64,000 bases of DNA from Vicinamibacterales bacterium. Its GTDB lineage: Bacteria; Acidobacteriota; Vicinamibacteria; Vicinamibacterales; UBA2999. Numbering within the stretch: the stretch's first letter is position 1; each line of letters begins with the position of its first letter. Under the pieces are notes generated by a model. It searched no databases, was not told the origin of the DNA, and saw only the letters and a program-made list of their open reading frames with translations. The stretch spans positions 382-64,381 of the forward strand of contig DAINQP010000004.1 in the NCBI GenBank assembly GCA_036742665.1, in the 5' to 3' direction. Below, in pieces: positions 26,095-34,695 of the stretch. The position numbers and the translations under genes were made by a program.

Positions 26095-27117
26095 TCAGGC
26101 GGCGCGGAAGATTGCTCGAATCAGACCATAGGCGATGGCGCCGATCGCCGCTGACGCCGGAATCGTCAGCATCCACGCCCAGACGATCTGGCCTGCGACT
26201 CCCCATCGTACCGCCGACAGCCGTTTGGTCGATCCGACGCCGACGATGGCCCCCGTGATCGTGTGCGTTGTGCTGATGCCGGTCCCCATCGCGGTCGCGG
26301 TATAGATCGCCAGCGCAGCCCCCGTCTCAGCGGCGAAACCGCCAATCGGTTGCAGCTTGGTGATCTTCGATCCCATCGTCTTGATGATGCGCCAGCCGCC
26401 CGACAGCGTGCCAAGGCCAATCGCAGTGTAGGCCATCAGCTCGACCCAGATCGGGATGGGCAGCTTGCCTGCGGCATCGCGGTCCAGAAAACCGCCCGTG
26501 AACAAGGCTCCGGCCATGATGCCCATGGTCTTTTGCGCGTCGTTCGCACCGTGCATCAGGCTGAATGCCGCAGCGGAGAGCAGCTGCATACGACGAAAGA
26601 ACGCATCGACGCGCCGAGGCGTGGCGTTCCTGAATATCCAGTGGCTGAGGGTCATCAGCGTCAGGCCGACGACGAGTCCAATGAACGGGGCGATGACGAT
26701 GAAGATCAGCGTTTTTGTCCAGCCGGAGACGATGATGGCGGCGAAGCCGGCCTTCGCAACGGCGGCGCCGGCGTAGCCACCGAACAGCGCGTGCGACGAG
26801 CTGGTCGGCAACCCGAAATACCACGTGATCAAATTCCACAAGATCGCCCCGGTGAGACCGCCGAAGATGACAGCGAACGTCACCACGTTCAGATCCACCA
26901 TCCCTGAGCCGACGGTCTGCGCGACGCCCGTCCCGAAGAAGAATGCCGCGGCGAAGTTGAAGAACGCTGCCCACAGCACCGCTTGTCCCGGGGTCAGCAC
27001 GCGTGTGGAGACGACGGTGGCAATCGAGTTCGCGGCGTCGTGGAAGCCGTTGATGTAATCGAAGATCAGCGCAACGCCAATGAGCGCGAGGACCGGCAGC
27101 AGCAGTGGGTTGTTCAT
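26095..27117 (-). CDS. pit: PiT-family inorganic phosphate transporter
   Basis: FDYINGFHDAANSIATVVST at the N-terminus, duplicated GANDAQKTMG motif, ~10 TM helices. Confidence 0.9.
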   Translation of the reverse strand: MNNPLLLPVLALIGVALIFDYINGFHDAANSIATVVSTRVLTPGQAVLWAAFFNFAAAFFFGTGVAQTVGSGMVDLNVVTFAVIFGGLTGAILWNLITWYFGLPTSSSHALFGGYAGAAVAKAGFAAIIVSGWTKTLIFIVIAPFIGLVVGLTLMTLSHWIFRNATPRRVDAFFRRMQLLSAAAFSLMHGANDAQKTMGIMAGALFTGGFLDRDAAGKLPIPIWVELMAYTAIGLGTLSGGWRIIKTMGSKITKLQPIGGFAAETGAALAIYTATAMGTGISTTHTITGAIVGVGSTKRLSAVRWGVAGQIVWAWMLTIPASAAIGAIAYGLIRAIFRAA

Positions 27118-27132
27118 GCGTGGGCGGATGTG

Positions 27133-27756
27133 TCAGCCGTGCTTGACGACCACGCCTTCGAGGAGGTTGCAGACGTCTTCGCACCGGTCAGTCGCAGCCT
27201 CCAGGAAGTCGAAGATCTCCTTCCACTTGATGACCGCGATCGGGTCGCGTTCCTCGTCGAACAGCGCGACGATGGCGTCCTGGTGTACGCGGTCGGCTTC
27301 ACGTTCGAGCTGATTGACGCGCGCGGCGAGCTCCAGCACGCCCTGGCTCTGCTTCTCGAGGATGGACAGTGCCTCGGTGATCCGGTCGCAGCAGTCGCAA
27401 ATGATGTCGGCGAGCCGGCGGGCGTGCGGTCTGATGTTGGTGATCTTGTAGAGGCGAATAACCGCGGCAGCCGCGTCAATCGCGTCCATCACGTCGTCGA
27501 GGGAAATCGCGAGAGCGTGGATGTCCTCGCGGTCCAACGGGGTGACGAACGTCCGGTTCAAACGGTCGATGATCGACCGGGTCCGGCCGTCGCATGCATG
27601 TTCGATGTCCTTGATGACATCCGCTTTGGCCATATCCGGCGGATTGCTCGAGACCATCTGCTTGAGCGTCCGTGCGCCGACGCGGATCTCCTCGGAAAGG
27701 CCGACGAAGTCGTGAAAAAACTGTTCTTCGCGGGGAATCAGACTGAAACGGGCCAT
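27133..27756 (-). CDS. DUF47 / PhoU-like phosphate-transport regulator (YkaA/PitR type)
   Basis: MARFSLIPREEQFF...; an all-helical ~207-aa protein directly upstream of pit. ATG at 27756 is preceded by GAGGTG. The track ORF extends spuriously to 27867. Confidence 0.8.
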   Translation of the reverse strand: MARFSLIPREEQFFHDFVGLSEEIRVGARTLKQMVSSNPPDMAKADVIKDIEHACDGRTRSIIDRLNRTFVTPLDREDIHALAISLDDVMDAIDAAAAVIRLYKITNIRPHARRLADIICDCCDRITEALSILEKQSQGVLELAARVNQLEREADRVHQDAIVALFDEERDPIAVIKWKEIFDFLEAATDRCEDVCNLLEGVVVKHG

Positions 27757-27777
27757 GTCACCTCGACAATCGACGGA

Positions 27778-27817
27778 TCGTAACAGATTTAACCCATCTG
27801 TTACATGACCGTTACAG
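27778..27817 (-). promoter_or_regulatory. Pho-box-like array upstream of DUF47-pit-phoBR
   Basis: In gene orientation: CTGTAAC ggtc ATGTAAC agat GGGTTAA atct GTTACGA, heptamers at an exact 11-bp period. The same sequence also reads as a perfect 9-7-9 palindrome GTAACAGAT-N7-ATCTGTTAC (27780-27804). A possible -10, TTAAAT, is embedded. Confidence 0.4.
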
Positions 27818-27918
27818 CCTCTTCGGGTGAGGAGCACTCGACGCCGAGTGAGCGCACCCGCATCCACACATGCTCTAGGGAACGCGCAGTCGCGGTTATT
27901 GCGTCGAGGAAGATTTCG

Positions 27919-28740
27919 TTACTTCCCGACCCACGTGAAGTTCACGCCCGCGCCGCCGAGAGCCGCCGCCGGCGACACCGCGAACCGTGCGTTGCCGTGG
28001 CCGATCGTGACCGTGCGACCCGCAACCATCCCGATCGCCGCGCCAAAGGCGACGTCGCTGAAGTAATGACGTTGACTCTGGATGCGAGACGCCGCCACAT
28101 ACGACGCGACAGCATAGGCCGGGATGCCCGCCTTCCACCCGAGATGGCGCTGGAGTACCGTGGCCGTTGCGAAGGCCGATGCCGAGTGTCCCGACGGGAA
28201 CGAAAGCGATGTTCCGTCCGGACGTGTGCGGCCGGTACCGAGCTTGATGACCTGCGTCATCGTTTGCGAGACGAACTGCGCGCGGACGAGATCGGCGCCG
28301 ATGATCGCCAGGTTCGGATTACCGGTGGCCCGGCCGATCGAGTATGTCGCGAAGGCCGCCGCGAGCTGCGTCGTGGCCGCGCCAACCGTTTGTCCGGCGC
28401 CGAACGCCCCGTGCATCGATTGGGCACCCGAAAACGATTGTGACAAACGTGCGTCGGAAGGATGACCGGCGGCTGCAGTCAGCCCGCCAATTCCCAGGAT
28501 AATCGCCGAGTCACGAGACGGCACGCGTCGGAAATCGGTGATCGTATCGGCGAAAATCCGTCCAAGACTGGGCACGAAATCCGCGGCGGGCCGGGCGTTG
28601 AGCGTTGGAGCAACGGGCATCGGCGCAAGTGTTTGCGCCGACAAGTCACGGGGAACGAGTGTGATCCCGGTCCACAGTGTGGTTGTGATCAAGAAGGCGT
28701 ACGCAGGTTGTCTCATGGAATCGTGCCCATCCGAGTACAA
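27919..28740 (-). CDS. PAP2-family (type 2 phosphatidic-acid-phosphatase-like) membrane phosphatase
   Basis: KLGTGRTRPDG ... SFPSGHSA ... ASRIQSQRHYFSDV (the three PAP2 motifs) and an N-terminal signal/TM segment. Confidence 0.8.
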   Translation of the reverse strand: MYSDGHDSMRQPAYAFLITTTLWTGITLVPRDLSAQTLAPMPVAPTLNARPAADFVPSLGRIFADTITDFRRVPSRDSAIILGIGGLTAAAGHPSDARLSQSFSGAQSMHGAFGAGQTVGAATTQLAAAFATYSIGRATGNPNLAIIGADLVRAQFVSQTMTQVIKLGTGRTRPDGTSLSFPSGHSASAFATATVLQRHLGWKAGIPAYAVASYVAASRIQSQRHYFSDVAFGAAIGMVAGRTVTIGHGNARFAVSPAAALGGAGVNFTWVGK

Positions 28741-28764
28741 GCGTCGATCGTTGGAACGACGGTT

Positions 28765-30456
28765 TTACTTTTGGACGACCGACTTGCTGGTTCGGTCGAG
28801 ACCGACCGTCTCCCACTGCGTGCCGTTGCGGCGGAAGGTAAACGTAACGGGGTTGGACCATGCCGGATAGTCCGCATGGATCGAGCGGATGCTGACGCTG
28901 AGAAATGCTGAATCGAGCAAAGCCTCTGGCGTCTCGATGCGAACGCCATGCAAGACGCCGTTCGTACGGCCGACCGTGGTGCCGTCGACGAATTGACTCG
29001 TTGCGCCAGTCGCGTTGTCGAAGCGCGACCATGTGAATCGGTATTCGCTGGGAGCGGTGGCAATGCCCGCCTCGACCGCCGCGTTCTCGAACATCAGCCC
29101 GCCGTCTACGAGGAGCTGCGCGTTCACGAGAGGATTGACACCAGTCAACCACGCACGCAGGACCTTGTCGCGCCGTTTGATTAATGTGGTGGCAATGTGC
29201 TCGGCCGCACCCGGCTCGCTATATCTGGCTTTGGCCACCACGGCGCGAATTACCTCATCGCTGAACTTCGACACCAGCCGCGCGGCCCAGAACGCATCCT
29301 GCGGCGTCATGTTGTCGAAGGCCGGGTTCGGATACTCGGGCCGCCATTGGACCGGGTCGAAAAAATCTCCTTCGAACCTGCCGACGGACTTCGCGCCTTC
29401 CCAGTAGTCCACCAGGATCCATGGCCGCACATAGATGCCGAGTGTCGCGAGCGTCTTGAACCCAGGTCCCCATTCGAGGATGTACTCGTTGCCTGCACGC
29501 GGCACCTGCGCCGTCGTGCTGCCGCTGCCCATGATCGAGCCGAAGTCGAACATGTAGTGGCGGATCCACTGACGACCGGGCGCCTCACCTTCGAGCATGT
29601 CGAGGCTGTTGAGGCCGCGCGAGTCGTCATGATTGAGCCACGCAGCGAACACACGGTTGCTACGAAGCTCACGCCGGTGCTCGTGCGGGTGAATGTCGTT
29701 GGGGTCGTCCGGTCGCGTGCCGTAGTACTTGAAATATCCGAGCGGCTTGCCATCGGCAAAGCGGCTGAGGGTCGCGCGGTATTTGCCATTGGGCAGCTTC
29801 GCCGCCACACGGAGCAGCCGATCGACGTTCGTGCGTGTAATCGGGACCTTGCGACCACGCAGATCCACGGTGGTCGCGTTGGGGGCGATGACGATCCTGG
29901 CCGGGTCCACCTCGACGATGTAGCCCTGCACTACGTTGTAACCAATCGCGTGATAGAAGGCGGCACCGATCACTTCGGCCCCGCTCGCCATCTCTGGATT
30001 GCTCGGCGGATCGAACTTCACCTGGTACAAACGCCCATCCGGCGCGACGACGCGATAGCCGGGTGTGATGCCGCTGCTCTTGCCCTCGATGACCGGCCAG
30101 TCGTCGATATTGAGCGCATCCAGCGTGTTCGGTCCGCGAACGATCTCATCGACCGACATGCCGGGGAGGCGGCCGATCCGGTTGGTGAACCAACTCGAAT
30201 CCGGGACTTCGTCGATCGTGTTGACGTTGACGGCCTGAATCGGCCGACGTTCGGCGGGCTTGATGAACGTCTGCTCGGCGAAGTCGTAGGCATTGCTGCC
30301 TTCGATTCGTACCGCCTTGCTCGCATCGAGGGCGCGGTCGAAGTCCTCCCGCGCCGGGTCGTCGGGGAAGTAAACCGGTGTGGCGCTTCGCGTCGTCAAC
30401 GTCAAAGCGACACAGGCGATCGCGGCGAGCGGCAGCAGCCACCGCCTAGAACACAT
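28765..30456 (-). CDS. Exported protein with a protein-kinase-like fold motif set (uncharacterised family)
   Basis: N-terminal signal or possible lipoprotein sequence MCSRRWLLPLAAIACVALTL. RLYQVKFD (beta3 Lys), GAEVIGAAFYH (alphaC Glu), WLNHDDSRGLNS (HxDxxxxN with canonical spacing), HYMFDFGS (DFG). Confidence 0.55.
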   Translation of the reverse strand: MCSRRWLLPLAAIACVALTLTTRSATPVYFPDDPAREDFDRALDASKAVRIEGSNAYDFAEQTFIKPAERRPIQAVNVNTIDEVPDSSWFTNRIGRLPGMSVDEIVRGPNTLDALNIDDWPVIEGKSSGITPGYRVVAPDGRLYQVKFDPPSNPEMASGAEVIGAAFYHAIGYNVVQGYIVEVDPARIVIAPNATTVDLRGRKVPITRTNVDRLLRVAAKLPNGKYRATLSRFADGKPLGYFKYYGTRPDDPNDIHPHEHRRELRSNRVFAAWLNHDDSRGLNSLDMLEGEAPGRQWIRHYMFDFGSIMGSGSTTAQVPRAGNEYILEWGPGFKTLATLGIYVRPWILVDYWEGAKSVGRFEGDFFDPVQWRPEYPNPAFDNMTPQDAFWAARLVSKFSDEVIRAVVAKARYSEPGAAEHIATTLIKRRDKVLRAWLTGVNPLVNAQLLVDGGLMFENAAVEAGIATAPSEYRFTWSRFDNATGATSQFVDGTTVGRTNGVLHGVRIETPEALLDSAFLSVSIRSIHADYPAWSNPVTFTFRRNGTQWETVGLDRTSKSVVQK

Positions 30457-31672
30457 GGCCGAACCTCATGATGAAGTGCGCGCCCGCAGAACTGCCGAAC
30501 GCACCCTCGACACGGAGGAACACGCCGTTGGCGGTGCCGAACCTGAACCCGATGCCGAAGTCGCGCTCGAAGTCGCTCAGGTGGAAATCCTGACGCCGCG
30601 GCGCAACCTTGCCGATGTCGTAGAAGAGCGCGCCATCGATGGCGGTGAAGATCTCCCAGCGATATTCGGCCTGGAACAGCAGCGTGTTGCGATCGCGGAA
30701 TCGGAAGTGGCGAAATCCTCGCAAGTCGTCGGGGCCGCCGAGCGTCGGCTGGAAATAGAACGGGACTTCTGCGCCCGCGTCCGCGTCGGTCATGACCGCA
30801 CGCGCGTGCAGGGCCAGCACGCGGCGATCGCGAACGATCGGCACATAGTGCTGCAGATCGATGTCCACGCGGTTGAACGAGAACAGATCGATTTCGGTAT
30901 CGTCGAAGCGATGATAGGTGACCGCGTAGCGGCCGCCCCGGCGCGGGTTGCCGAGCGGGGCGCGATTGTTGACGTCCAACGTGGCCAAGTACCTGAAGAA
31001 GTCCGGCTGTACGAGAACGCCGGGCGCATCAGCCGGTCCGAACACCCGCAAGAGGCTGTCCTCTTCGCTGATCGCGTCGATGTCGGGGTTGTAGTAATCG
31101 AGACCCGCGGTCAGATTCAGCCACGCCATCGGCCGGTAGGTGCCATACCCGCCAAGCACGGTGTTCCTGAGACCGTAGATGACCTCGTCGTCGCGTGACG
31201 AGTCAGGCCCGAGACCGAAGAAGTCCTCCTTCGGAAAGTCGTAGCGTTGCGCGTGCACGCCCAGCCCCACCCTTCCGTTGGCCAGCCGCGGCGCCTGCAG
31301 GCGCGCGTCGATCATCCAGTAGTGGGAGAACGACGCGGCGACGAAGCTGCTGAACTCGAGTTGTCCGTCGAACCAGCGCGGATAGCGGTATCCGGGGCCG
31401 AACGAGAAGCCGCTACCCGTCGTGATGTTACCGATTTTCGGATAGAGCCCTTCGGCAGGATTCAGGATGCGCTCGAAGACGCGGCCGCTTTCGAGGTCCA
31501 TCAAGGCCCGCTCGAGGCGGCTCTGTTGCGGCGGCGCGAGGTTCAGCGCCTTCTCCTCGCGCTCACGCTGCAGCGTTTCGGCGCGCGTCTTCGGCTCTTG
31601 AGCCTTCGTCGCGGCCGGCGCGACGACGCACACGACGAACGTGAGGAGCCGAATGAGTCCCACCTGTCGCAT
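30446..31672 (-). CDS. Omp85/Bac_surface_Ag-type outer-membrane beta-barrel without POTRA domains
   Basis: Signal peptide ...VAPAATKAQ; TLGGPDDLRGFRHFRFRDRN...AEYRWEI...FYDIGKV...GIGFRF; terminal aromatic ...RFGHVF. Confidence 0.65.
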   Translation of the reverse strand: MRQVGLIRLLTFVVCVVAPAATKAQEPKTRAETLQREREEKALNLAPPQQSRLERALMDLESGRVFERILNPAEGLYPKIGNITTGSGFSFGPGYRYPRWFDGQLEFSSFVAASFSHYWMIDARLQAPRLANGRVGLGVHAQRYDFPKEDFFGLGPDSSRDDEVIYGLRNTVLGGYGTYRPMAWLNLTAGLDYYNPDIDAISEEDSLLRVFGPADAPGVLVQPDFFRYLATLDVNNRAPLGNPRRGGRYAVTYHRFDDTEIDLFSFNRVDIDLQHYVPIVRDRRVLALHARAVMTDADAGAEVPFYFQPTLGGPDDLRGFRHFRFRDRNTLLFQAEYRWEIFTAIDGALFYDIGKVAPRRQDFHLSDFERDFGIGFRFGTANGVFLRVEGAFGSSAGAHFIMRFGHVF

Positions 31673-33018
31673 TACGCCGCGTGGCGCTCTGAGGTTTCAG
31701 CGCCCACCATTTTGCGATGTTCGCGCGCGATGCCGACTGCGAGCAACAGCCACACACCCACGAGTACCACGTTCACCAGCGCGAAGCTGCGGAGGGTCAA
31801 CGAAAGCACTTCGGTGCCGAGGAAGACTACAGCCGCCTGCAGCAGATCGCCGGTCCTGACGAAGAAGGCATCTATGGCCTGCTTGGCGTTGTACTTGGCC
31901 TCGCGGCTCGTCGGCAGGAACAGCGCGTGCCGGGTCGTGTTCTGGATCGAGTAGTCGGTGGCGTTCTCGAAAATCTTCGTCCACTGCAGAACGAGCAGCA
32001 CGGGGACTAGCAGGACGGCGGTGTATCCGCTCAAGGCGATCAGCGGCAGGACGAACAGCGCGCCGCGGACACCGATGTACTTGAAAATTCTCGAGACGGC
32101 GAATGTCTGCAAGATGAACGCGAGAATGTTCACCGACGAGAGGACCGTGCCCGAGAGCGAGGCGATGATCGCGCGCCGATCGGCGGCGGCGGCGAGACCG
32201 GCCGCGATACGCGCGTCGGCCGTTTTCGTGATGAGGTCGTTGAGCATGAATCCGCCGAGCGTGTTCACGAGATTGAAGACCAGCACCATCAGCGCAATCA
32301 GCAGCAGGTAGCGATTGGTCAGCACGAGCTTGAAGCCGTTGCTGCCTTTCGCAAGCGGCTGCTCGCTGACAACCTGCGCGTCGCGCCGCATTTCAGCCTC
32401 TCGACGGTTGACGACGATCGTGAGGACTACCGGGACCAGCATGCCAGCGGCGGCGACCAACATGAGCACATAGGGACCGATGCCGCCAAATACCAAAGTC
32501 GCCAGCAGTGAACCGAGCGCCGCGCCCAGCGTCGCGCCGACGCCGACCAGCGGAAAGAGTCGCTTGCCCCGCTCGGAGTTGTAGACGTCGTTGGCGAACG
32601 CCCAGAACTGTGCGACCGCCACCATGTTGAAGACGCCAATCCAAATGTAGAACGCCACGCCGATGCGCACACCGGCCGACCCGAGCGCCCAGAAGACCAG
32701 CAGATGCGACGCGAAGAACAGCGTCACGCCGCAGACCAGCCAGACGCGATTGACGCGCGCCGAGAAAGCGCTGTAGGCAGGGACGAAGATAAAGAGGATC
32801 GCCGCCATGCCCGCGGCAGCATAGCTCGCCGCGACAGCGCCCGACTCGCTGAGGATCAGCGCTTCGCGAACCAGCTTCAGGACCTGGTAGAACGCGAGCA
32901 GGTAAAAGGCATTGGCCGCGAGCAGCAGGGCGCTGACGCCTTCGCCCGCCCGCACCTCCGTCACGACCGAGAGGGCACGTTCGAGGAGACTCTTCTGCGA
33001 CGGAGCGGTGTCCAGCAT
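31672..33018 (-). CDS. 12-TM transporter resembling the TLC (ATP/ADP or nucleotide antiporter) / MFS family
   Basis: The N-terminal pattern FYLLAFYQVLKLVREALIL..GA....YAAAG resembles the TLC signature (F..Y.ilR..Kd.L). ~12 hydrophobic segments. The family assignment is by eye only. Confidence 0.5.
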   Translation of the reverse strand: MLDTAPSQKSLLERALSVVTEVRAGEGVSALLLAANAFYLLAFYQVLKLVREALILSESGAVAASYAAAGMAAILFIFVPAYSAFSARVNRVWLVCGVTLFFASHLLVFWALGSAGVRIGVAFYIWIGVFNMVAVAQFWAFANDVYNSERGKRLFPLVGVGATLGAALGSLLATLVFGGIGPYVLMLVAAAGMLVPVVLTIVVNRREAEMRRDAQVVSEQPLAKGSNGFKLVLTNRYLLLIALMVLVFNLVNTLGGFMLNDLITKTADARIAAGLAAAADRRAIIASLSGTVLSSVNILAFILQTFAVSRIFKYIGVRGALFVLPLIALSGYTAVLLVPVLLVLQWTKIFENATDYSIQNTTRHALFLPTSREAKYNAKQAIDAFFVRTGDLLQAAVVFLGTEVLSLTLRSFALVNVVLVGVWLLLAVGIAREHRKMVGAETSERHAA

Positions 33019-33027
33019 CAGCAGATG

Positions 33028-34695
33028 CTATATCGTGACGGCCTCCGCTGTATCACGCCGCGGTTCGCTGACCTTGAGCGGCCCCGACAGCTGTGGCAGG
33101 TGCATCCGCCACCAGCCCTTGGCTTCGTCCGAGTTCCATTCGTCGCGAATCCGCACGCGGCAGGCCATCTGATACAACTCGCCGGCGTCCTGTGGCCGAT
33201 GGCGCGGATCTTTCTGCAGGCAGGCGAGGACCAGTTCATCCAGCTCACGCGGAACCGTTTGCTCGGTCCTCTCCGACGGCGGCGTCGGCTGCGCGTGCAG
33301 GTGCTGCATCAGCATCTTCATTGAGGTGTCGGCCTCGAACACGAGTTCCCCGGTGAGCAGGAAGTATGCGACGCAGCCCAGGGAATAGACGTCGGCCCGG
33401 CGGTCCACTTCGGCGTCGCCGAGGATCACCTCGGGTGCCATGTAGGCCGGTGTACCCGGTGTCGAGTTCTCGCGTGTCGCGAGCGTCTGCGCGTCGCGCC
33501 CCTGGCCTGATGATGTCTGTATCTTGACCAGGCCGAAGTCGAGCACCTTGGCAAAGTCGTATTCCAGCCCCATGCGGCAGACATAAATGTTGGCCGGCTT
33601 GATGTCGCGATGCACCAATCCTCGCGCGTGCGCATCGGCGAGCGAATGACACACCTGGCGCAGCAAGTAGAGGACGCGATTCGGCGGCAACGGTCCAAAC
33701 TCGCGGACCAGCGATTCGAGGTCGCGGCCGGTGAGCAGCTCCATCACGTAGTAGAAGGTTCCGTCCTGCGTGATGCCGAAGTCGAACACCTGAATCGTGT
33801 GCGGTGAGCTCAGCACCGCAGTGGCCTGCGCTTCGCGCTCGAACCGTTTCAGCGTCAGCCGCGCTTCGTTCTCGTCGCGTGCCCCGAGCACTTCCGGCCG
33901 CACCAGCTTGATCGCGGCATCGCGCGCCAGCAGCCGATGCTCGGCGCGCCACACCTCGCCCATGCCTCCGGTGCCAAGGCGTTCGATCAGGTGGTAGCTG
34001 CCGAGATCCTGCGCCTCGCGCAAACGGCGGCCGAGCCGCTGCAGCACTCGCGCCGGCACCACCGCGACGAACGCACACGCATAGCTGGGCCAGGTAATGA
34101 TGAACACGTAGGCCGGGTCCAGCGCCCTGCCGCCCAGCAGCCAGGCGATCGAGTACGCGATCGGATCGAATGACGCGACGATGATCGACGCGATGAACAT
34201 GCGCCGCGGCGTGCTCGGTGCGATCATCGCGAAGATGAGGATCAGCAGGCAGATCCACGAGATCCGCATGATGTCGGTGCCGGCCGGCGGCACCGCCCAC
34301 GCATTGAACGCCGCGATCCCGGCGCCGTGCATCAACATCATCGCGACGCCGGCGTTGCTCTTGCTCTCGATGCTGGTACTGGCGCTGCGCAGGTGCCAAT
34401 ACATCACCGCCGAACCGGTGACCCCGCACAATTGCAAGATGATCGCCCGCAAGTTGCGGACCCAGCCGTTCCACAGCCACGGCATGACGAACGAGTCCAG
34501 CATCAGGGCGAAGGTCCACAGCACCAGTGCCACCGTGCTGAACACGACCAGCCGCTGGGCCTGCTCCGACAGCAGCTCCGTTGGCAGCCGCGTCGTTCGG
34601 CCTGAATCGCCGATCGAGGACGCCGGCGTGGCGTGCGGTGCAATTCGACGTGATTCGTGGCTCGTGCCCATCCGGGGTTCCGTGCCCTCAGGCAC
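33028..34695 (-). CDS. Ser/Thr protein kinase with an N-terminal ~6-TM domain and a C-terminal Hanks kinase domain
   Basis: LGTGGMGEVW, AAIKLV, HRDIKPANIYV, DFGLVK, GTPAYMAPE. The kinase occupies residues ~235-500, preceded by six hydrophobic helices. The GTG start overlaps the upstream stop (GTGCCTGA). Confidence 0.85.
   Translation of the reverse strand: MPEGTEPRMGTSHESRRIAPHATPASSIGDSGRTTRLPTELLSEQAQRLVVFSTVALVLWTFALMLDSFVMPWLWNGWVRNLRAIILQLCGVTGSAVMYWHLRSASTSIESKSNAGVAMMLMHGAGIAAFNAWAVPPAGTDIMRISWICLLILIFAMIAPSTPRRMFIASIIVASFDPIAYSIAWLLGGRALDPAYVFIITWPSYACAFVAVVPARVLQRLGRRLREAQDLGSYHLIERLGTGGMGEVWRAEHRLLARDAAIKLVRPEVLGARDENEARLTLKRFEREAQATAVLSSPHTIQVFDFGITQDGTFYYVMELLTGRDLESLVREFGPLPPNRVLYLLRQVCHSLADAHARGLVHRDIKPANIYVCRMGLEYDFAKVLDFGLVKIQTSSGQGRDAQTLATRENSTPGTPAYMAPEVILGDAEVDRRADVYSLGCVAYFLLTGELVFEADTSMKMLMQHLHAQPTPPSERTEQTVPRELDELVLACLQKDPRHRPQDAGELYQMACRVRIRDEWNSDEAKGWWRMHLPQLSGPLKVSEPRRDTAEAVTI

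Noticed and set aside
26075-26095. Direct repeat GGACACGT-N5-GGACACGT at the pit stop, upstream of phoB
   Set aside because: It is a single 8-mer pair with no third copy or dyad symmetry, and it overlaps the pit stop codon. It could be chance in GC-rich DNA. It is noted only as something to test if an internal phoB promoter is found.
29197-30471. 424-aa plus-strand ORF antisense to the exported kinase-like gene; also 33245-34519 (424 aa, alternate frame of the Ser/Thr kinase), 14119-15357, 15667-16395 and 58246-59133
   Set aside because: All are Arg/Asp/His-rich shadows of well-supported genes on the other strand or frame. The 58246-59133 ORF starts inside REP array C (the GSDPGSDPGSDP translation).
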